64,000 nucleotides of DNA from assembly GCA_951804945.1 (NCBI GenBank), contig OX638161.1, forward strand, positions 48,174,001-48,238,000. The letters run 5' to 3'. The stretch is from Podarcis cretensis (lineage: Eukaryota). A program made the position numbers and the translations under genes. Below the pieces are notes generated by a model. The model was not told the DNA's origin. It saw nothing but the letters and a program-made list of their open reading frames with translations, and did no database searches. Of the stretch, positions 35,744 through 49,694 are shown piece by piece (position 1 is the stretch's first letter; every line of letters begins with the position of its first letter).

Positions 35744-38700
35744 CTATATTTTCCTCTTTATTAGCTGCTCCCTGCTGTTCATGTCAGGCCTCAGCAGAAT
35801 AATGTAGCATTTTGGGGAAAATATACAGCCCAGCAGCCCAGCACTGGAGGCCAATATAGAGAAGATCTCCACAGCCACCATGTATTTCCCCTTGGTGCTC
35901 AGGTAGGTTGGGACAAATGACAACCAGACACTGCAAAACATCAACATGCTGAAGGTAATGAACTTGGCTTCATTGAAAGTGTCTGGCAGTTTCCTTACTA
36001 GAAAAGCCACCGTGAAACTAATGATAGACAACAGTCCCATGTAGCCCAGGACAAGATAAAACATGGTGACAGAACCTTCATTGCATTTGGCTACTATGAT
36101 TTTGGTTAATGATACCATGTCAAAGTCTGGGAATGGGGGAGAGATAGCGAGCCACACTACACAGATACCTGCTTGAATAAGAGAGCAGGAGAAGACAATG
36201 GAGTTGGTCAGTCTTCTACCCACCCACTTCCTCATGTTGGAACCTGGTTTTGTAGCCATGAAAGCGAGAATCACAGTGACAGTTTTGGCCAACACACAGG
36301 AAACAGCGACTGAGAAGATGGTGCCAAAAGCAGATTGACGGAGAAAGCAGGTCGCCTTACTTGGTTGTCCAAGAAACAATAATGAGCAGAGGAAGCAGAG
36401 CAACAGAGAGATGAGCAGGGTATAGGTGACATCCCGGTTGTTGGCTTTGACTATGGGAGTATCTTTGTGTCTAATAAAAATCATAAGCACTAAAGCTGTG
36501 ATCACTGCTAAAAAAGCAGCAACCATAGCAAAGCTGATCCCCAAAGGTTCTTCAAAAGAGAGAAAATTTATAATCTTGGGGAGGCATCTTTCTTGATCTT
36601 TGTTCGGATACTCGTTTTCTGGGCATCTGAAACAGTCATCCATGTCTGATGGGAGAAAAAAAATGTTGCTCACATAACTATGCTTATTTTATTGTTGACT
36701 GAGGTTTTTCTTTTGTCCCAGGGATCTTTGACCTGGCAGTCTCTGACCATTAGTTCCTAGTGTGAGAGCTGGTCTTGAAGAAAGGCATTTTAGTATTATC
36801 TAACTATTCTTCTGCTTATCCTTGTTCACCATCTGCATCTATGTTAATTAACATTTCCAAGTAACAGAGGAAAATACTACTAAAATATCAAACATAAATA
36901 CTATACACACACGCACAAATTTTGCTTATAAAATGTTAGGAAAAAATAGTAGACTGATGTGATGTGGCAAACTGAATTTAAGATTCATTCATCTCTTTTA
37001 AAGGGATTGGAGAGATTTTTTTTTTTTTTTTTTAGACAACACATCTTCATACTGTATAAAGGAAAATACAGGAAAATACAATTTTGAGTCATTTATTATC
37101 CTTGGTGCAACCAAGTTCCCAATTCTTCAGCAAAGGGGTGGTTTACACATGCATTTACCATAGCTTTTAGCATTCCCCCCCCCATCACTTGATGACTCTG
37201 GACTGTGTAAACTAACCTTGACCTATGAAAATCCCAATGTGCATATGTAGTCACATTCCATTAATCTTTTACCTGTAAGATATATTGCATGAAATTTAAT
37301 CTCCATTTACACTGGTCATATTTGCAGCAATACATCACCCACCCTTTCGGTGTGAAATCTTCCCTTCTGCGCACTGAGCACATTCGTAGCAGCAAAATTT
37401 CTCCCCCTCCTTCCTTTTCTTCTGATAGCCAGGGCGGCAGGAGTCACTGCAGACAGAAACGGGAGGTACCTATCAATAAACAGGACAATCAGATAAATTC
37501 AGAATGCTTTTGTTCAATAACTGCTATACAAAGAAACAATTGATCAGTCAGCATAGAATAATGCAAAACATGGCAGATGGCATGAGTTAGCTAGTTCTTT
37601 CCTAATCATGGCAAATGCCATTGGTTGAAGGCAACCTAACAATTAATGAAATGACATTAACTGCTCCACAGGTACTTTATCCAATAGGAACTGCTTTGAC
37701 CAGCTTGTTGGTGACCATAAACAACTTTCTTCAGACTCTCCCACAGCCCAACAAAATTTTATTCTTCATGAGTGCTTCACTTCTGTACAAAATAGTTGTG
37801 AGCAACAGATATATTTTTCACTTAATAAGAGTCATTCAAGGTCAGGTCAAAGTCCCATCTAAACCAGCATCATGTTTGCATGGTAGCCACTTGGATGCCC
37901 ATGGGAAGACCACAAGCAACACCTGAATGCAACAGCACTCTCCTCACTTATGATTAACAGCGGCATAAATCCAGAGACACACTGCTTCTAACACTGTTAG
38001 TAGAACAAAGCCAACATGTTTAGCAGATTGAAAGTCATATCCTCCATGAATCTGTCTAATCCCACTTCAAACTATTTAAATGGGTAGCCATCACTACGTG
38101 CATTATAAATGCACACAATATTCTTAGTGTGGTCATACCATAAATTTGCTAAATGATATCATGCTATTGGCAGTTTCACATTTTATTGATAAAGTGGTAC
38201 CTCGGGTTACATATGCTTCAGGTTACAGACTCCGCTAACCCAGAAATGGTACCTCGGGTTAAGAACTTTGCTTCAGGATGAGAACAGAAATCGTGCTCTG
38301 GCAGCGCGGGCGGCAGTGGGAGGCCCCATTAGCTAAAGTGGTGCTTCAGGTTAAGAACAGTTTCAGGTTAAGAACGGACCTCCGGAATGAATTAAGTACT
38401 TAACCCGAGGTACCACTGTACAGACTGATCTTGGTAGAGCTGTTCACAATCCATTTTCAGTGTTTAACTGTTAAAGCCCTAAATTACTCCCCCCCCCCCC
38501 TTCCAGGTTGCTTAGATAATCATTCTTTGCAGGCCCTTTCCCATGACCCTGTCCAAGCTAATGGAATGAAGCAGAGGAGAGGGCCTACTTGGTGGTGGCA
38601 CCCCACTTATTGATTCTCCTCTCCAAAGAGTTTTGCTTTGCCCAAACAATATTAACAGTAAGCATCTTCTTGAATACCTTATTTTTCTCTCCCTTCTGGT

Positions 38701-41700
38701 GCTTCAGCATTTCCCACCAAGTTTCCTTTGGACAGTTTCATGTTGTCCTTAAACTGTTTATGTGTTCATACAGATTTTAGATGGAGTTTTTGCTGTTGTG
38801 ATTTAATGTGTGGAATTATCGCTTGCATTCTGTATGTTAACATTTTTGTGAACCAGCACTGGAGCTGTTTAGTATACAAATGTGTTATTGGGATAGGTGA
38901 TAATGGGAATGTAAGAGTCGTTGTAGGCTTCACCAAAGGAAGCACACAGCCCCAATATCATCCATTCTGCTGCACAAACAAACACCAATATGCCCAAGAA
39001 TACACAACCTGGTTAAAATTTCTGCTCCACACAATTGAAGATTCATTGATGGTGAATTCTTTCCCCTCAAAGGCATTGGGATTCACTTGTCCCACCTTTA
39101 CTCGAAGAAAGGAGATGTTTGGAAATATGACCATATTGGTTAAATCAAATCCTGCAAGCAATTCCCCTTTATTATTAAAAGTCACTGTTTCCCCAGCAGC
39201 ATTGTTAAATGAAGTGCCTTGAAGAAATTGGTGGAGCTAATTGACAGGGGGAAAGGAGACATTAGTTTAATATAACTTTTGTGCTGGGAAAGGTCTGCCC
39301 ACATAAAATAAATAACGAGACCTTGAAGCTTAGTATGGGTGTGCCACCAAGACCCTGCATAGATCTTGTCCCCATTTCTTCTAGTCTCCTGTCCTTTCAG
39401 GAGAAGCTTTGATGAAGCCATCCTCTGATGTCCAAGATGCCTTAGCAGGTTCACCAAATGTTGTTTTCATTTTTCTTTCCCCTCTACTCACATTCTATCT
39501 GCATGGCATGAAGCTACATACAGATAATGGTCCTCAAATAAGAGTTTTCTCCAAGTTAGTACATCATAGGTGAAAAACGGCTATGTATCCATTCTCACCC
39601 AATGAAGCAAAGCATTCCCAGATGGCTGACATAACAGGTGATCAAGTCTTCCCACACTATTGGGTGGCTTGATGGTTGGAGAGATGTGCAAATCAGCCCC
39701 CAAATTACTCACTGACAGAGCGGGTGAGGCAAGTAACACTATTGCAGTGGTGAAAGACTAGAAATTTGCAGCTCACTTTTCCCATGCTCCACGTGTAGGT
39801 AGAAATGTGAACCCCCATGGCTTTCTCAATCATTAATATGTGCATAATTTCTACAGGTATTCAAGGAGGACACATTTTGATGCTTTTTCTCTATGTATGA
39901 ATGCATTCCTGGCAATGAAGCCATTCTGTGGTGACAACATTACCTGCCAAGGCTGGAGATCTTGAAATTCAGAACTTTTCCTCCCCACCATCACTCTATC
40001 TTTCAATGTAGATGAGTTCCTGGAATGCAAAGCATGTGCCACAGCATAGACAGCATTATAGACACTGTAACTGTGACCTGTCATGTCCATTTCGAAAACA
40101 GGTCCAGGAAGACTCTCCAGCCTCTCCTGTCCAATACATGGTCTATCTACCTCCAGTGTTATGCTGGGATTGGAAAATGTACATCCGAATGCTTGTTCCC
40201 AAAACCCTTGGAGAAAACCATCTCCTTGTGTTCTATAAGGTTTTATGTTGTGAAGATAAGCCTGGAATCCTGGATGTCCACTTGCATGTATAGCAAAAGA
40301 AAAAGCCCCCTGGAATATTTGAAAATTACTACGTGTTATAAAGCCTGTTACTGAAAAATCAATCTGGGCTGTTGTAATCCAGACCTTCCCAACAGATATA
40401 TTTCCTCCATATTCCAGATCTGCTATTGGCACTAAAGTGCTCAGCCACAGAAGGGTCATGCTTTCACCATAGATAATAATTGCTCTAGCTTTTCTATCCA
40501 TGAAAGAATGATAAATGTTTGATGCCATATCGCTCAGAATATCAAGGGAAACGAATCGTCCTTGTTTCTGGAGCCTTTCTGTGAAAGCTGAACATATCCC
40601 GTGCTGAGCAAGCAGTGGCTCCAGGTTCTGCAAGAAATGGTCTCCACTGTCATCAGCAGCAGCTAGGAGCCCAACCCAGATCCATCCAAAATGTTGAAGC
40701 AGCTGGATAATCCCACTGTACTGATGGGTTTCGCTTGGGACCATGTGGTAAAAGGAAGGGGAATTATTTGTGCTACTTTCCTCTGGGGCAAATGAGCCAA
40801 ATGTGAGCTGAAAGAAAATGGACAGATAGTTTAGAGATAGGTTGCAATTTGTGGTGGGCAAAAACCCCTCACTTACCTTTCCAGAATCTTTGCACAGAAA
40901 TGAAAGTGGTGCCAGAGCTGTCCTGGGTGCTTATAGAAGCTTTTATAACTCAGGGATTTAATTGCATGCAAAAGAAGGGGTCCTACTCTTGGAAAAGTTG
41001 GGTCTTGCTTTTTCAATATCCAATAAGGCTTTGTTTTTCTGCAAGTCATTTTCAGCCTCTTCCTGAACCACAAAGGCAGTAACAGGATGACAAGAGGAGA
41101 GCATATCTTCTCCATGAACAGATGTTACCTGTGGAATCTTGTAGAGAGTTAAGATGTTTGCCATGTGGAAAGAAATATCAGAGCTCATTCCCCCAATGAC
41201 AGCTATGAGTTTTTTCTGAGTGCCACATTTGTAGTTGGGGATCAATCTATGTGAATTGAAGAGCTGGTCCAGAGTGGTGCGGTAGGTCATCCTTGCATCA
41301 TAGTAGCTGTCACAGATGTGGAACCCAAGTGTGACATTGGGCAAGATTTTTGGGTTCTTGTTGACCTCATTTACAGCAAATGCCAAGGCCAAGGCATGCT
41401 GGTAAGACTTTGTCACTACACTGCAATGAGAGTTACATTTTCTTTCAGTGGAGAATTCTAAAGCAAAAGAAATTGTTTTGTCACAATACATTTCTGTTCA
41501 GGCTTTCTGTAAAGCAATCTAATTCAGCCATGCAAGACCATCAAGTTCCCACCACCATTTTTGGGGGGAAATTAGCAGAACAAACTCAACAGTGCTTGAG
41601 AACTGTAGAAAAAGAGGGTTGGTTATGGGGAAGATGGAAGAAATGTGGGTGGGGCGGAGGGGATAAAATAAACTAAAACGATGGATCACATTGACATGGA

Positions 41701-42107
41701 TAATGAATGACAATTTGTCTTCCAACACCACAATGCCCCATTTGGGACTGAAGGCCGAGATTTATGAAATGTAAATAACTGAATAGAGATGTGCTGATGT
41801 TGACATATTGCTTATAGGTGTCTTCTGAGGATTCTATTTCTTACAATTTCTAAGCTGTCTTACCTGATATGAGATGGAAGGTATCTTACCTTGGAAGATC
41901 GAAGCCCAAATCATTAGAAGGATGTTGTTCGAAGGACACTTCAGGAAAAAAGAAGATGATCTGAGAAGAAATGGCGCCAATGAGGAGGTCCCCAGGCTCA
42001 TACCATTCATGGGGAACAGGAAGGGGGTCATTTGTGGGACATTTGAGGGTATCTACTTTGCACACCATGTGGGGCAGCAGAAGCAGAAACACCACTAACA
42101 CCACCAT
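35744..42107 (-). CDS. Vmn2r: Vomeronasal type-2 receptor (class C GPCR), six exons, 876 aa, apparently intact
   Basis: Exons 42107-41890, 41420-41129, 40807-39944, 39236-39009, 37469-37343, 36645-35744, all GT-AG, total 2631 nt in frame; signal peptide [26 protein letters not shown], Cys-rich CCYECAQC, 7TM with [31 protein letters not shown]; polyA signal at 35559-35564. Confidence 0.95.
38192..38418. mobile_element. Tc1/mariner-type MITE, copy 2 (V2R intron 4)
   Basis: Same family as 10752-10994, opposite orientation, TA flanks. Confidence 0.88.
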
Positions 42108-42182
42108 CTGAGAGCAATTTTCTCTAGATGAAGATGCTGCTGTGTCTATCTGCAGCCTTATTCCTGACACTACCCTAATAAA

Positions 42183-42546
42183 GGGACGTGGGTGGCGCTG
42201 TGGGTAAAAGCCTCAGCGCCTAGGGCTTGCTGATCGAAAGGTCGGCGGTTCGAATCCCCGCGGCAGGGTACGCTCCCGCTGCTCGGTCCCAGCGCCTGCC
42301 AACCTAGCAGTTCAAAAGCACCCCCGGGTGCAAGTAGATAAATAGGGACCGCTTACTAGCGGGAAGGTAAACGGTGTTTCCGTGTGCGGCTCTGGCTCAC
42401 CAGAGCAGCAATGTCACGCTGGCCACGTGACCCGGCAGTGTCTGCAGACAGCGCTGGCCCCCGGCCTCTTGAGTGAGATGGGCGCACAACCCTAGAGTCT
42501 GTCAAGACTGGCCTGTATGGGCAGGGGTACCTTTACCTTTACCTTT
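42183..42546 (+). mobile_element. Sauria SINE, full length
   Basis: GGGACGTGGGTGGCGCTGTG head, B box GGTTCGAATCCC, (ACCTTT)n tail, 12-nt TSD TACCCTAATAAA. Confidence 0.92.
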
Positions 42547-44559
42547 TACCCTAATAAAACAATGCACATCAGGATATAGCTGACTCTGCCAATATGCCTA
42601 GGGAAGAGAAGAATATCACCAATAAACTTAATATCTATACGCTTGCAAAACAAAAACAAAACAGATGGTACATGTGATAACAGGACTGTGTAATCAAACT
42701 GGTGGAATCCTGGTTTCCACTTGCCCTCAATCCCACCTCTCAATGACAAAATTGGTGGGATTTATTGAGCTACCTCTAGGTTGTTTTTCTTACTCCCTTC
42801 TGGAAAGTTGATGGAGATTTGCCAAGGAAAATGAATGACAGTGAGCCAGATAATTATAGAGGAGGTAATTACCCCTGGCGAGGAGTTTGGTTTCTAAGCG
42901 ATGACATGTTTTTTGCTCTCCCCCCCCCCCCCCCGCGCACCTTGTTTTTTTAGTGCAACAGTAGCTGGGATGGAGGTTCAGGTGGCCACAGAAAAAACAA
43001 CAATATCAGTAGGACAGCTAAGCCCAACCCAAAGGAGAAGACAGAAAGAAGGGTGGAATATTTGGCCTAGAACTGATACAATTTTGAACTCCTTTCTATG
43101 ACAGGAAATGTCAAGTGTCTCTTCCCATGGTTCCTGTCAATAGCCTGACTGATTTGGGTGTTATTTGCTTGTGGATATTGTACATATGAGAGTCACTCTT
43201 TTTTCTTCTTCATATATGTAATCTGGTCTGCTACCTACAATACTGACATGGTCTTTCCACTCAGAAATATTTCAATTATATACCTCTGTGAAGAATTTTG
43301 AGAACTGCATTTTACACAGACACACAAAATATACAACAGAAGACGGACCCTGAGATTTTCCTACAGGACAGAATTGAGGGAACATAGAAAGCTGTCTTAT
43401 TCTGAGTGTTCCATCTAATTCTTATACTGAGTGCTCCATCTAGTTGTCTACATTATCTGGGAAATTTAATTTCCAAGGGTGCCAGACAATCCCACTTTCC
43501 TCATTTTTCTCCTCCGTGAAAGAATGATTGACTCACTCACTTTGAAAGGACCACTCATCCTGGTGGTCTTTTGATTAGATTTTTTGGTCCTCTTTCTGTG
43601 TGGGTGGGGTGATTCTTTGTTCCTTTCTTAATCTCCCCCCACAAAAATTTTTTGGAGTGGTGGCTTGTGGTTTATCATTTGTTAAATAATTGTTTTATAC
43701 TTGTTTATGTCTACCATCTTCATTTGTCACTTTTCATTCTGAAAATTCAATTTTTATATTACAGTACTCTCATTTTACTCAACATCACCATCCTGGCTTG
43801 TCCCCACCCTCCTCCACCAGTCCCTGTCTGCTTGCCCCAATTTTTTTACCTGGCAGGCAGGATGGCAGCCTGTCTGTGCCTGGACTATCAGAAATGTCAC
43901 AGTGGGAGTGCTATCTCCTCTCATGAAATATTTGTGGTACTTGGAGACAGTTCCACCCCTTTTGCCAGTTCACGTGACTGGACTGAGCAGAGTTATTTAA
44001 GTCCCCTGTGTCCAGTCACATCCTTGCCATGTCACTTTTGGGGGACTTACACTGGTCGCAGCTCAGCCAGCTTCTGCTGAGACGAGATGATAAAATTAAA
44101 TCATAATATCTTCATCTGAACTGGATTTGAGGACTTAACATCTCTGAAGATCCACCAGATCCTAACTTGTTAACCCTAGTAGCCTTTGTCACAGGATTGC
44201 GCCCTAAGGAGCTATTTTAACTGAAGACAAAGATTAATGGAATTTGTACTCACTTCAACACAAGAATAACTCTCTGCAAGGTTGTGGGTCCTCCCCTTTG
44301 TATTTTTGTGTTCTGACAATGTCCTTTAGAAGGCGTCCCAAGGGCCCCTAGGAATAATCAGACCTTCCTCTCCAAGGGAAAGTTGACTCTCCATCCTCAG
44401 AGAAGCTGATGCCAAGTCAGAGTCCCCTTCTCCTCCATTGTGGGGTATGGAGATGTGGGATCCTAAACCTTTCCAGTCCCCTAACACCTTTCAAACAACA
44501 ACAGATAGTGATTCTGAACTGGTGGAGCTCAACTCATTTCCTATTGTTTCCATAAGGCA

Positions 44560-44562
<3 letters not shown>

Positions 44563-44600
<38 letters not shown>
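44563..44600. repeat. (TG)n microsatellite
   Basis: Direct reading; other microsatellites: (GATA)n ~963-1008 and ~33430-33498, (CT)n(GT)n ~11133-11200. Confidence 0.95.
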
Positions 44601-44604
<4 letters not shown>

Positions 44605-44773
44605 AAAAAAGGTCAACTCCAACAGCATATGGGTCTTTTGAAGGGACAGGTGAACTCTCCATACCCCAGTCTCATGAGTGCAGCTTAGAATAGATAAATA
44701 CATATATTGTTGTTCTTTTTATCTTTTAAAAACCACTGTCTACTGCCCATATTTTTTTTTAAAGGTTATAAAT

Positions 44774-45289
44774 TACTGCATTTTTCACTCTATAGGACGC
44801 ACCTTTTCCCCTCCAAAAATTAAGGGGAAATGTGTGTGTCCTATGGAGCGAATGCAGGCTCATTGGCTTCAGAGATAGCAACGCAAAGCCTCTGAAGCAC
44901 AGAGGGAGTGCTTCCTCTGCACTCTAGAGGCTTCCCGTTGCTTTCTCTGAAGCCTGGAGAGTGAGAGGGGCCAGTGAGCACTGACCCCTCTCGCTCTCCA
45001 GGCTTCAGGGATAGCCACCTGAAGCCTTTGGAGCGCAGTGGGAACTCGCACTGCACTCCAAAGGCTTCAGGTTCCTTTAACTGAAGCTGGGAGAGCAAGA
45101 CTCTCCCGGCTGCAGCAGAGAGGGAGAGCTGTGCAGCGCCCCTTCAGCGAAGCGGGAGGAGAAATGGAAGGGGCTCCATTTCTCCTGCTGCTTCGCTGAA
45201 GGGGCACTGAACAGAGGGGGGGGGGAGAATTCCCCCCCCCCCTGTTCTCCCCCTCCTATGGTCCGGTGTGTCCTATAGAGCGAATAGTA
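44774..45289. mobile_element. pogo/Tc2-like non-autonomous DNA transposon
   Basis: TACTGCATTTTTCACTCTATAGGACGCACC at left, inverted GGTGTGTCCTATAGAGCGAA at right; internal short repeats. Confidence 0.7.
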
Positions 45290-45440
45290 ATAATCTCCCT
45301 TCTTATTCTCACTGATATATGCAAAGTCACAAGAACTTGGACTTCTTGCTTCAGCCCTTAGCATCACACCTCTCACTTCACACATAATGCCTGGAATGGC
45401 GCATTAAGTCCCTTTAAGAGCCAGACCATCACACCATTAC

Positions 45441-45793
45441 ATGGCCTTTATTGCCAATGTTCACTGCACTAGTGGCTTCATTCTCGTGTATGTATGGCTT
45501 TACATCTTACTCTTGCCCTCATCCAATGTGCTTTTCATGTCATAATTAGAGGCTCTTTTCTATCTCATCTTTCCTGTTCCCATTCCAGGTGCCCTCACAC
45601 AGGTTGTACTGATAGAGTCGGATCTAGTATTGAAGAAACCTGAAGGATCCCATAAACTGACCCGTGCTGTCACAGGACTTGATATTAAATGCTACTATAT
45701 GGACTGCGTCCAGCAAAAACCTGGAAAAAGCTTGGAATGGCCTCTTCACTACTATAGTGTTGGGAGCAAATACTGCTACTCTACAATCCAAGG
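45441..45793 (+). pseudogene. IGHV family-C pseudogene, 3'-truncated
   Basis: V exon from 45589 (QVVLIESDLVLKKPEGSHKLTR..), first Cys to Arg and FR2 Trp to Cys, ends after TIQG with no FR3 or RSS. Confidence 0.85.
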
Positions 45794-46034
45794 GGCTAAA
45801 CTGAGACTGGAGGATCGACAGCTGGTATAAGGACCCCCAAATGTCTGTTCTAGCGGACATGGCAAGACCAGGACAAGATGGGAAGGCGGGAACTAGTCTC
45901 AATCTTTATTCCTTTTGAACCAGTCTGATACATATATTCTTTTTTTATTATTTAACAAAATCTACTGTTCTTAATTTTTTTTTGTTTTTTTTGTAAATTA
46001 CCTATGTTACCCATCAAGTTTGATACCTTTGTGG

Positions 46035-46592
46035 ATAACGATAACTATAACTATAACGATAACGATATCTTTATTGTCATTGTCCCATGTGGAACAATGA
46101 AATTGAAAAACTACTACAATACATAAAACTACTACAAAACTACATAAAACTACAACAAAACTACATAAAATATTAAAAAAACCCCTAAAAACTCCAAAAC
46201 CCCATTTTATTTAGAATCAGAATTGCATTTGCATAGAAACTGTTTCTAAGGTGACTAGTCCTGGCCTTTATAACCCTATACCTTCTTCCAGAAGGCAGAA
46301 GCTGAAAGAGATCATTTCCCGGGTGCGTACTATCCTGCGCTATCTCTGCCGCTTTCTTGTGGCACCTGGAAGCATAGATTTGCTCCAAGGTGGGAAGAGT
46401 GCACCCAATTATTCTCTCTGCAGTCTTAACAACCCTGGATAGCATTGTTTTATCCCTGGCCATGCAACTCCCAAACCACACACACAGACCATAAGTTAGT
46501 ACGCTCTCCACAGTGCAATGGTAAAATGCCATCAACAGCTCCTTTGAGAAATTGTTTTTCCGGAGGATTCTCAGAAAATATAATCTCTGATG
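46035..46592 (-). mobile_element. Rex1/Babar-like LINE 3' fragment
   Basis: QRLYFLR..FYHCTVESVLTY..HPGNDLFQLLPSGRRYR..NSFY; AATAAA plus microsatellite tail; empty paralog at ~58575. Confidence 0.82.
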
Positions 46593-46812
46593 AGCATTGT
46601 ATGAAATCTGTGGCATTGATGCTTTAAATGCACACTTGACGAAAAGACGAGAGATATGGTTCCATATTATATTGGCTCCTCCCCTCTTGTATTAACTGAT
46701 TTATGCAAAGCTGCAAAAAGGAGTGTCCTTATGCCTTCAAAGGCTCATGCCTCACACTGACTTCCTGCAACAGCACATTAAGTCTCTCTCTGATCCAGAC
46801 TGTCCCACCATT

Positions 46813-47272
46813 ATGCTGTCTTTAATGCCAGTGCTCATTTCCCTGGCTGCTTCTTTCCCATATATGTTGATGTCTTTTTCCTTCCTTATTTCATTCATTG
46901 TGAGTTTCATGTGACAACTGTGGGCTGTTGCTTTTCCTATTTCAGCTCTTTTTCCTGTCTTCCTATTCCAGGCATCTGTACACAAATTGTTCTGACCCAG
47001 TCAGATCCAGTTCTAAAGAAACCTGGAGAATCTAACAAACTCACCTGTCCTGTCACTGGGTTTAATGTTAACAGCTACGCTATGGACTGGTTCCGACAAA
47101 AACCTGGAAAAGGATTGGAATGGCTTGTTCACTACTATAAAGTTGGGAGTGATTATAGATATTCCCCTACAATCCAAGGGCGATTCACAGCCTCAACGGA
47201 CAGCTCCAACTTCTACCTGCAAATGAACAACCTGAAAGCAGAAGATACGGCAGTCTATTACTGTGCGAGAGA
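46813..47272 (+). CDS. IGHV: IGHV segment, family C, open V exon but leader donor GT mutated to AT
   Basis: Leader 46813-46861 followed by ATATGT (paralogs GTATG); V exon 46972-47272; RSS CACACTG 47273-47279, 23 nt, ACAAAAACC. Confidence 0.88.
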
Positions 47273-48547
47273 CACACTGAGTGAGATCCCACTAGACCTC
47301 AGACAAAAACCCTTCACTGCATTACATTTTGTGACAAATAATCAGAGGGTGCAGCAAAGGCCAACAAGCCAGAAATGATCAATGGCCCACCAATTTAATT
47401 TATTGGCCACACTCCAGTCTGCAATGAGGTGTTTTAATATTGTCTGATGCAAAAGAACAGCTCTGAGACAGTGCCCTCCCCACATTTCCCACACCTGTGC
47501 CTTTCTCTGAGAGAGCTTGTCAGCTTCTTTCCAAGACAAAAGATATTTTCCTTTAGCAATGTCTAGGAAGGCAGTTTTTCTATTACGGTTTTTCTCATGA
47601 TCTTTTCTGCTGTTGGAAACTGAACCTACTATTAGGCTGCAGTTGTGGATGTTCTGTTAAGGCCTTATGATGAAGATTTGTAGACCTAGGTAGATTGATT
47701 GAGGGGAGGTAGGACATAAACTAACCCCTACAGATACCAACCAATGAAGATCTCCATTCTGCACAATGTAAAATTGGTCCCATGGTGGGGCAGCTACTGC
47801 CCTTTGCAAATCCTCATCATTCTGTGTCAGACAAACACCTTCTCTACTGTCTTTTCAGCAACTGCTAAAGACATTACTCCTTCATCAAACATTCTAAATT
47901 GAGGTATGTAATCCAACTTGTAAGAACATTGGACATGGATTGATTGGAGGTGTATAGAAGTGCTTTTAGCTGGCTGTCCTGGACAGAAGACACTTGGATG
48001 AATGGGGTCAAAATGGAGTGCATCACCCAAATCCACTCAGCTGGAGAAATGTCATCCTACCAGAGCTGCCGAGGTGCAGCAGGAATCCAGGTGGCTGAAC
48101 TGAGCCTGGAGCATCTAAGGCTGGTATAAGGATCCCCAAATGGCTTTTCTAGGGAAAATGGCAAGATAAGGACATTACTGGAAGGAGGGACCTAGTTTCA
48201 ATTTTTATTCCATTCAAACCAGTCTGATACATACATACATATATATTTATTTTGCAATATCTACTGTTCAATTTTTTAAAATCATTTTGTAGATTACCTG
48301 TGTTACCCTTCTAGTCTGAAACGTTTGTTAGTACGCATTCTTTATAATCTGTGGCATAGATGTTTTAAGTGCACACTTAAAAGCCAGAGATATGATTCCA
48401 TCGTAATATAATCCCTTCTTATATTCGCTGATTTATGCAAAGCTGCAAAAAGGAGTGTCCCCCTTAAGCCTTCAAAGCCTCACACCCCACCCGGACCTCC
48501 TGCAACAGCACATTACGCCTCTTTCTGATCCAGACTATCCCACCATT

Positions 48548-49007
48548 ATGCTGACTTCACTGCCAGTGCTCATTACACTGGTTGCTGCTTTCCCATGTAT
48601 GCTGAGATCTTTTCCCTTCCTTAATTCATTCATTGTGAGTTTCATGTGATAAATGTGGGCTGTTGCTTCTCCTATTTCAGCTATTTTCCCTTTCTTCCTA
48701 TTCCAGGCACCCTCACCCAAATTGTTCTGACCCAGTCAGATCCAGTACTGAAGAAACCTGGAGAATCTAATAAACTCACCTGTGCTGTCACTGGGTTTAA
48801 TGTTAACAGCTACTATATGGCCTGGGTCCGACAAAAACCTGGAAAAGGATTGGAATGGCTTGTTCTCTACTATAAAGCTGGGAGCGATTATAGATATTCC
48901 CCTTCAGTCCAAGGGCGATTCACAGCCTCAACGGATAGCTCAAACTTCTACCTGCAAATGAACAACCTGAAAGCAGAAGACACGGCTGTCTATTACTGTG
49001 CGAGACA
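48548..49007 (+). CDS. IGHV: IGHV segment, family C, intact
   Basis: Leader 48548-48596, V exon 48707-49007 [27 protein letters not shown]; perfect RSS 49008-49046. Confidence 0.96.
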
Positions 49008-49453
49008 CACAGTGAGTGAGATCCCACTAGAGCTCAGACAAAAACCCTTCACTGCATTTCATCTTTTGACAAAAACCAGAGGGGGCAGCAAAGGGCAACA
49101 AAAGAGAAAGCCACAAACCAGAAATGACTGGTGGTCCACCGATTTCATTTTTTGATCATGCTCCAGTCTGCAATGAGTTGGTCAAATATTGTCAGATGCA
49201 AAAGAACAGCTGTGTGACAAGCACAGGGAATAGGTTGGTTCATATGGGAGAGGTAGTCCTTAAGGCCTTGAGGTCCTGAGCCATGAGGCATTATAGATCA
49301 GCATCAGCACTTTGAATTAGGCCCAGAAACTAATTGGCTGCCAGTGCAGTTGGGCCACGATGAATCCTTAGTCCATTCAGATTAGTCTGAAACATATATT
49401 GTTTTCTTTTATCCTTTTAAAGTCCCCTACTGTTTTATCATTAAAAACATATA

Positions 49454-49694
49454 CAGTGGTACCTCAGATTACATACGCTTCAGGTTGCATACGCTTCAGG
49501 TTACAGACTCCTCTAACCCAGAAATAGTACCTTGGGTTAAGAACTTTGCTTCAGGATGAGAGCAGAAATTGTGCTCCAGTAGCACGGCAGCAGTGGGACA
49601 CCCCATTAGCTAAAGTGGTCTTCAAGTTAAGAACAGTTTCAGGTTAAGAACAGACCTCCAGAACGAACTACGTACTTAACCCAAGGTACCACTG
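49454..49694. mobile_element. Tc1/mariner-type MITE, copy 3
   Basis: TA duplication confirmed by empty paralog AAACATATACAAAG at ~63745. Confidence 0.9.
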
